Shown here piece by piece: positions 24,166 to 29,437 of a DNA stretch of 29,437 nucleotides. Origin of the DNA: a virus (taxonomy: Duplodnaviria > Caudoviricetes); IMG/VR virus record IMGVR_UViG_3300029183_000028, positions 1 through 29,437 of that record, one strand, 5' to 3'. The notes under the pieces are model-generated. The model worked only from the letters and a program-made list of their open reading frames with translations, searched no databases and was not told the origin of the DNA. Position numbers and translations under genes: made by a program. How positions within the stretch are numbered: the first letter of the stretch is position 1; every line of letters starts with the position of its first letter.

Positions 24166-25575
24166 TTAGGTGACGTTCAACAGAGCGAACGCATCGTCGT
24201 TGATGCTGTCCGCGCCGACACGCCAGTAGGCGTAGAAGCCACGCTGGCCAGACGGCCTGTTGTTGCCAGTGGCGAACAAGTGGGGGATGAACTCCACGTT
24301 GAAACCGACCCGATCAGCGATCAGGTAGTTCCGAAAGTCGCCGAACACGAGAACGTTGTTGTCGGCGAGCGCAGTCACCGATCCGTCCATCGCGGACGAC
24401 TCGACAATCGGACGGCCGAGGATCCGCAGCGGCGCATCTTCTGTCAGGTGGACAGAGAACGCATGCGAGTCGGCAGTACCGAACTGTCGGATGTCGTTGA
24501 TGATCGCAACGTTCGCAACCCACGTTCCGCTGTCGCGGTACCGGGGGCCGAGCGTCTCGTGCAGCGTGTACACGTCGCCGACGGCGAACGTGTCAGTGGC
24601 AGCGGACGAAACGTCGTTGCCTGTCCCGTCGATCGCAGTGACGATACCGAACGGCTGAGACGAACCGGAACCGGTCGCCATTGCCGTCGCTTCGAGTCGA
24701 TCCTTGGCGTCTGCGAACAGAATCCCAAGGTCGTCGGCGAGGCCGGGGTAGTCACCCGCAATCTCGATCGACGCCGGCACGAAGGCTTGCGCCTTGTGGG
24801 CCACGACCTGCGGTTGGGTGAACGTGGTCGTGTCGTCAGACACTTCAGTGGCTTCACCGTCCCACGATGCGGACAGTTCAGTCGACGCGACACCCTGCCA
24901 CGAATCCGTAGTGATCTGCTCCACACGGGAGATCTGACGGAACGGGTTGGATGAACCGTCGCCCAACTGGATGAGCGTCGGGTCGATCGGGAACGGGACA
25001 GCGAACCCACCAGAACCGTCGGTCAGTGACATTGCACGACCGAGCAGTTGACGTTCGTCGTTGGTGAGAAGCATGTCACGCCCGGTGATGGCCTTCGCCC
25101 ACGCATCCTTGTAGGAACGCGACCCAGTCGCGAGGACAAGCTGTGCGATCGTCCCGTGACGGTCGTCCTTGTTCTCGAGCAGGTGAGTCACCCGTTCCTT
25201 GTTGGCGTCGTTGACTTCGTACGAAGACGTGTCTTCGACAGCCTTGAGGGCGGCGCCGCGCAGTTCGCTACGAGACTTGATCGAAGCGGTGTACGGGTCG
25301 TCGGTGGACTTTTTGAATTGAGGGGCCGAACGGTCTTCCCCGACTTCGAGGTTGGCCAGGTTCGATGCGTCGTCTAGAACCTTCAGACGGGCTTCGATTT
25401 CTTGGCGTTCCTCGAGCAGCGCCTGGATCGGCGACTCGTCGGAGGACAGTTCAGCAAGACGCGACTCCTGGTCTTCGGTGAGTTCTTCAGCGTCGATAAG
25501 ACTCTGGAACTCGTCACGAAGCTCGGCGGCTTCGTCCTTGACCTCAGCGAGTCGCGTTACGAGCTTTTCGCTCAT
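24166..25575 (-). CDS. Major capsid protein, HK97 fold, with N-terminal scaffold (delta) region
   Basis: Coiled-coil N-terminus; GGFAVP, W.GE, ILGRPIVES, VFGDFRNYLIADR, GQRGFYAYWRVG..AF..L. Confidence 0.95.
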   Translation of the reverse strand: MSEKLVTRLAEVKDEAAELRDEFQSLIDAEELTEDQESRLAELSSDESPIQALLEERQEIEARLKVLDDASNLANLEVGEDRSAPQFKKSTDDPYTASIKSRSELRGAALKAVEDTSSYEVNDANKERVTHLLENKDDRHGTIAQLVLATGSRSYKDAWAKAITGRDMLLTNDERQLLGRAMSLTDGSGGFAVPFPIDPTLIQLGDGSSNPFRQISRVEQITTDSWQGVASTELSASWDGEATEVSDDTTTFTQPQVVAHKAQAFVPASIEIAGDYPGLADDLGILFADAKDRLEATAMATGSGSSQPFGIVTAIDGTGNDVSSAATDTFAVGDVYTLHETLGPRYRDSGTWVANVAIINDIRQFGTADSHAFSVHLTEDAPLRILGRPIVESSAMDGSVTALADNNVLVFGDFRNYLIADRVGFNVEFIPHLFATGNNRPSGQRGFYAYWRVGADSINDDAFALLNVT

Positions 25576-25579
25576 TTGC

Positions 25580-26281
25580 TTACTCCTTGATGTATTCGGA
25601 TGGCAGAGCGAGTGTCCGCAGCCAATCTTTGGTGCGTGCTACTGCCTGGGATGTGACAAGTGCCTCGACGGGCGGCTTGTCGTCCTCACCTGAAGTGCGG
25701 GTGGCGGCTTCGGGTTCGGCGTAAAAAGCGATAGACCTGGCGAGGTCTTGGCGAATGTTGTCGCATGACAACAGGTTCGCGATGTCGGAACGGACACCAA
25801 CGTCGGTCGTCGGGTACGCAGGCCACACGACCGGCCCAAGTTCGTACAGTTTGACTTCGCGGATTGTCCGTTGGGTCCGTTCGTCGTTCCAGTCGTCTTT
25901 CGTGACGGTGAACTGAAACGACATTCCGGTGACGCCGCCGTCGCGGATGGCGTCACGTACCGGTTCGACAAGCCAGTTGTCCGAAAGGCGAGCTCGGACG
26001 AACAGTCCAACGTCGTCTTCGCGGAGTTGTTTGATCGATCCCAAAGGAATCGAACCGATCATCGGATGGGTGCCGTGGTCGAATTGGAGGATGGGGGAAC
26101 GTTCCTGAATCGTTTTCGTGAACGCACCCGGCGCGATCCGTTCCTCGAACGTTCCTTCCCAACTGTTGATTTCGGTCGGGTCGTTGAACACGGCAGCGTG
26201 ACCTTCGAGGGTCAGGCCGTCGTCGCGGGTTTCGGTTCTGGAAATGGTGAAGTCGTACGACCGGGAGATTCGGTCAGTCAT
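25580..26281 (-). CDS. HK97-family prohead protease
   Basis: LEGHAAVFN, F.E.IAPGAF, FDHG, EDDVGL, GMSFQF, EVKLYELGPVVWPAY. Confidence 0.95.
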   Translation of the reverse strand: MTDRISRSYDFTISRTETRDDGLTLEGHAAVFNDPTEINSWEGTFEERIAPGAFTKTIQERSPILQFDHGTHPMIGSIPLGSIKQLREDDVGLFVRARLSDNWLVEPVRDAIRDGGVTGMSFQFTVTKDDWNDERTQRTIREVKLYELGPVVWPAYPTTDVGVRSDIANLLSCDNIRQDLARSIAFYAEPEAATRTSGEDDKPPVEALVTSQAVARTKDWLRTLALPSEYIKE

Positions 26282-27629
26282 TTGCGGGCTCCTGTTGTGT
26301 GCCTGGCGGTTGGAGTTGTACTGAGAACAACCCTGTGTGTGTCAGAAGGTTCAAATCGTCGCTTGTGACTGCTTTTACGACCGATTCGGGTTCGTATCCT
26401 GCGTCTATGAGCTGTCGGATGGCAGTCGAGTTTTTGGTTTGGATTTCGGCGTTGTCTTTGCGGTCGTCCTGTAGGAATTGGATGTCCCGGTCGTCGTACC
26501 ACAGTTCGGCTTTTCGTGGTACGGGAACGATCGTCTCGTATGCAGCGGAAATCGACCTCCACAACGGACGGAACGTCCGGTCGGCGGTCTGACGGCGGGC
26601 AGCTGAATAGTTCCCGGCGTTCAACGACGAACCCTGCATGCCTTCTGAAAGTCCGATGACTGTCGGGTGGATTCCACCAGCCGCGGCGATTCTTGTTTCG
26701 CCGGCGCCTTGCGTGTTCTTGAAATCCAACTGTTGGAGGTCGGCGCCTACAACGGTCGCGTCGGCGCCGCCGCCCATGTACAACGTTTTGTACGCGTTGT
26801 TGAGGCCAGTGTGGTTGTCTTCGAGAATGTCGACCCATTTTTGGAACTGGTCGGGTTGGATGTCTTTATCCATCGAAATCACCATGTTCGGGGTGGCGCC
26901 GTTCTCGAAGAATTTGAGTTTGTGGGTGGTCGCCGCATTGTCGGATTGGATGTCTCTGATTACGGGCGTCAACCATGACATGCCACGGAACTTCGCCAAC
27001 GGGTCGGGCAGCGGAGCCCAATGCGCCACTTCGTCGGGTAGTAACACTTGCGGCATGTGGCCTTTGCCTGGCCCGCCGGGATGGTAGAGGTAGCCGACGA
27101 CTTCGGCGCCTAACTCGAGGACAGGGTCGACGGTCGGGTCGTTTGGTACGTCGTCGGGTACACCCAACACGATCGTCATCCAGTCGGGCCGCGGCGCGAG
27201 GATCTTGTTCGTGCCTCGCCGTCTGACAGCGAAATGGTTACCACCGAAGTCGGCTTGTACCAACGCGTGGGATAGCAGGTCGCCGGTCGTCTGACCTTGG
27301 TTCGGACGGCGTAACACGTTCAACGACGGAGTGTGGAACATGTCGCCGGGACGGCCTTCGTTCAACTCTCGGTACATGAACCGGGCTTCGGAAAAGACGG
27401 ACAGTCGTGCGAGTTCGACGGCGAACACGACACCTGACCGTTTGTATGCGCCTTCGATGTAAGCCTGGAAACCTTGACCGATTTCTTCACGGTCGCCGGT
27501 CAACGTCTGCTGGAACGGTGCTACCGGATACGACGTGCCGTCGAAAGTGAACCAGTCCAGAAACGTTTGTAACCCTGTCCCGCGGCTTACACCACGAACA
27601 GGGGGTATGAGGGCAGAAAGCAGATCCAA
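26274..27629 (-). CDS. Portal protein, HK97 family
   Basis: L..PN, EVAH, RGMSWL, KFFENGATP, N.YKTL...G, IAAA.G.HP..IG. Confidence 0.95.
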   Translation of the reverse strand: MDLLSALIPPVRGVSRGTGLQTFLDWFTFDGTSYPVAPFQQTLTGDREEIGQGFQAYIEGAYKRSGVVFAVELARLSVFSEARFMYRELNEGRPGDMFHTPSLNVLRRPNQGQTTGDLLSHALVQADFGGNHFAVRRRGTNKILAPRPDWMTIVLGVPDDVPNDPTVDPVLELGAEVVGYLYHPGGPGKGHMPQVLLPDEVAHWAPLPDPLAKFRGMSWLTPVIRDIQSDNAATTHKLKFFENGATPNMVISMDKDIQPDQFQKWVDILEDNHTGLNNAYKTLYMGGGADATVVGADLQQLDFKNTQGAGETRIAAAGGIHPTVIGLSEGMQGSSLNAGNYSAARRQTADRTFRPLWRSISAAYETIVPVPRKAELWYDDRDIQFLQDDRKDNAEIQTKNSTAIRQLIDAGYEPESVVKAVTSDDLNLLTHTGLFSVQLQPPGTQQEPAND

Positions 27630-27639
27630 AATGGGGCTC

Positions 27640-27801
27640 CTAAGAAGATGATGTTGAAGTCAGATTCCAGACGCCCACCGCAGCGAGGAACAACGATCCG
27701 GTAAGCAACGCCCACACGCCGCCGGCTAACAGGCCGACCGACGTGACCACGCCGCCGGCTCCTACAATGACGAGGGCTGCTGCTGCTCTTTTTACCGCCA
27801 T
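27640..27801 (-). CDS. Small two-helix membrane protein, 53 aa
   Basis: MAVKRAAAALVIVGAGGVVTSVGLLAGGVWALLTGSLFLAAVGVWNLTSTSSS*; fills the terL-portal gap. Not in the ORF track. Confidence 0.7.
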   Translation of the reverse strand: MAVKRAAAALVIVGAGGVVTSVGLLAGGVWALLTGSLFLAAVGVWNLTSTSSS

Positions 27802-29213
27802 GCGACCATCGGTTCCACAATCTTGTCGTTGTTCGCCTGGTGTAATCCGATCGATAATGCTACGAGCATTTCGCCTCCCTCAGCGTCACGGTTCCAAGCC
27901 CACGAATCAGCTGTCGACTTCTGCGCCGCATGAGCCACCGCAACATCCAAACGTTCGTCCGCAGCAACTTCGACTTTCCGATCGATGATGTCGTCGTAGA
28001 AATCTCCGCAAGCTTTCCGTACCTGCAACGAATCCAACCGGACGATTTGAAACCCGGCGTCCTCGAGCGCGTCCGCTTTCCCCGCGGCGGGGCCGTTCCT
28101 GTCGACAACGATCGGCAGCCGTTTGGCGTTCCCATCGAACGCTTCGACTAGCCAGTCGACACCAGAACGGATAGTGACCAACTGTGCGGCGCCGGCTGCT
28201 GCTTTTACAACAACTGCGCGGGACCGGTCGGGGCGGGCGTCGATCGCATAATGCGTAGCTTCTACTTTGACGCCCGGCTTCGACACTTGCCGCCAATACT
28301 CACCGGGGATCAACCGTTCTTCGGTTGCTGTCCACTGGTTACCGATAGCACGACGGAAGTCGCCTTCGGGCATCGTCTGACGGGCGTGAGCAATATATTC
28401 GGGCGAAATCGTCACGTTGTACGCGGGCATCCGCTTCGCGTGGACTGCTGGGTCGTCGATGTCTTCGTCGTCGGCGATAGCCCACTCGAAATACGCCATA
28501 CCCGACGTTTGTCCTGAGTTCACAGCCGCCCGACCCAACTCGACTTTCCTTCGGAGATACGAGGACGATTCAGTGCCCGCCGTCGACACGTTCCAAATCT
28601 GGCTGTTAGCACGCGTCGCCATAGTCGGCAGCAACGCCTGCTCCCGGTAGTTGTCCTTATCAGAAAACGCCTCGTCGATAACAGCCAGATCCAAAGTCAT
28701 ACCATGACCCGCTTCCGGCGTGTTATCCAACACGTTAATCCGCGACCCGTTCTTCCAAACCGCCGAAGTGTTCCCATCAGCCATATAAAACCGTTGCACC
28801 AACGGCGACAAGTTCTTTTCGATCAGCGGCTTCTGATCCTCACGGAACTTCTTACGAGCCGCCAAACCCGTCTGCGCCGTATACGCAACCCTCTGCGCCT
28901 GCCCCCACAACAAACACCTCGCACACTCAGCAGACAACACCAACGTCGTCTTACCGTTCTGCCGCATAACCGACACAACAACCTCACGATACGCCAACCG
29001 GCCAGTATCAGGATCAACCTCGAGCGCCACATCCGACACATACTCCTGCCACGCCATCAACGGAGTACCCAACTCCGCAGCGATACGCACCATCGGATTC
29101 GGAATCCCACCGTCAGTACCGAAAACCCGCCGGCCGGTACGTTCAGTCGCGTATAACGGTTCCGCCCAACCTATCGATGAGCTCAACGGTTGCGTCGTCA
29201 ACACTGTCACCAC
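27792..29213 (-). CDS. terL: Terminase large subunit
   Basis: LMAWQ, Walker A MRQNGKT, Walker B LAVIDEA, STAG motif, nuclease-domain AID. Start uncertain (29213 or TTG 29186). Confidence 0.95.
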   Translation of the reverse strand: MVTVLTTQPLSSSIGWAEPLYATERTGRRVFGTDGGIPNPMVRIAAELGTPLMAWQEYVSDVALEVDPDTGRLAYREVVVSVMRQNGKTTLVLSAECARCLLWGQAQRVAYTAQTGLAARKKFREDQKPLIEKNLSPLVQRFYMADGNTSAVWKNGSRINVLDNTPEAGHGMTLDLAVIDEAFSDKDNYREQALLPTMATRANSQIWNVSTAGTESSSYLRRKVELGRAAVNSGQTSGMAYFEWAIADDEDIDDPAVHAKRMPAYNVTISPEYIAHARQTMPEGDFRRAIGNQWTATEERLIPGEYWRQVSKPGVKVEATHYAIDARPDRSRAVVVKAAAGAAQLVTIRSGVDWLVEAFDGNAKRLPIVVDRNGPAAGKADALEDAGFQIVRLDSLQVRKACGDFYDDIIDRKVEVAADERLDVAVAHAAQKSTADSWAWNRDAEGGEMLVALSIGLHQANNDKIVEPMVAWR

Positions 29214-29385
29214 CAGCCGCCTCCCTCAACGCTTTCAAAGCCAACCTGAATTCCCGCCACAAATCCGTATCCGCAGGATTCTCGTCCAACGCCGCCGCCA
29301 ACATGCGAACAGCCGTCGACTCAGCCACCCAAACATCCGAATCACCCAACGCATCCAACGCCTTACCCACAGCCTCAACCAACAT
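29143..29385 (-). CDS. terS: Probable terminase small subunit
   Basis: 80-aa helical protein overlapping the terL start; LAAALD..L.REFR..L..L pattern. Confidence 0.7.
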   Translation of the reverse strand: MLVEAVGKALDALGDSDVWVAESTAVRMLAAALDENPADTDLWREFRLALKALREAAGGDSVDDATVELIDRLGGTVIRD

Positions 29386-29437
29386 GTGCCAAAAACCTCA
29401 CATACCGCGCACACAAACAGGATCGTGACTGGGAAAC

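Noticed and set aside
27587-27820. 77-aa ORF from the track between terL and portal
   Set aside because: The 53-aa hydrophobic ORF at 27640-27801 fits the gap better with less overlap.
14873-29428. Many long plus-strand ORFs (e.g. 15176-15784, 20223-21026, 24079-24954)
   Set aside because: Antisense shadows of well-supported structural genes, expected at this GC content; no motifs.
29423-29436. 14-nt match (TCGTGACTGGGAAA) to the M13 forward primer site at the window end
   Set aside because: Both flanking bases differ from the vector sequence as I recall it. Probably chance, though a vector screen of the contig end would settle it.

Overview
About 29 kb of a tailed-phage (siphovirus-type, HK97-fold) genome. 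The host is probably actinobacterial, based on WhiB, an LPxTG-anchored protein, moderately high GC and leaderless-type promoters. Almost all genes are on the minus strand. Read right to left they are: terminase, portal, prohead protease, major capsid, head-accessory/fibre genes, adaptor, two tail-tube paralogues, a short tape measure, tail-tip genes, lysis cassette, accessory genes, a structured non-coding region with a terminator, and then a strong promoter driving an early operon (many tiny Cys-rich proteins, WhiB, Rad52/Sak-like annealase, NinG-like nuclease). Only two convincing genes are on the plus strand: an HNH endonuclease and a glucose/sorbosone-dehydrogenase-like protein. The main finding is that three homing-endonuclease genes each appear to interrupt another phage gene, with no room for an intron or intein. 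(1) An HNH is nested antisense and in frame within a zinc-finger gene that stays open across it. (2) An HNH is fused to the stump of an amidase endolysin and followed by a replacement M15 endolysin. (3) A LAGLIDADG gene leaves the next reading frame without a start codon. No integrase, DNA polymerase, primase/helicase, tRNA or CRISPR array was recognised. All calls come from reading motifs by eye; no database searches were run.
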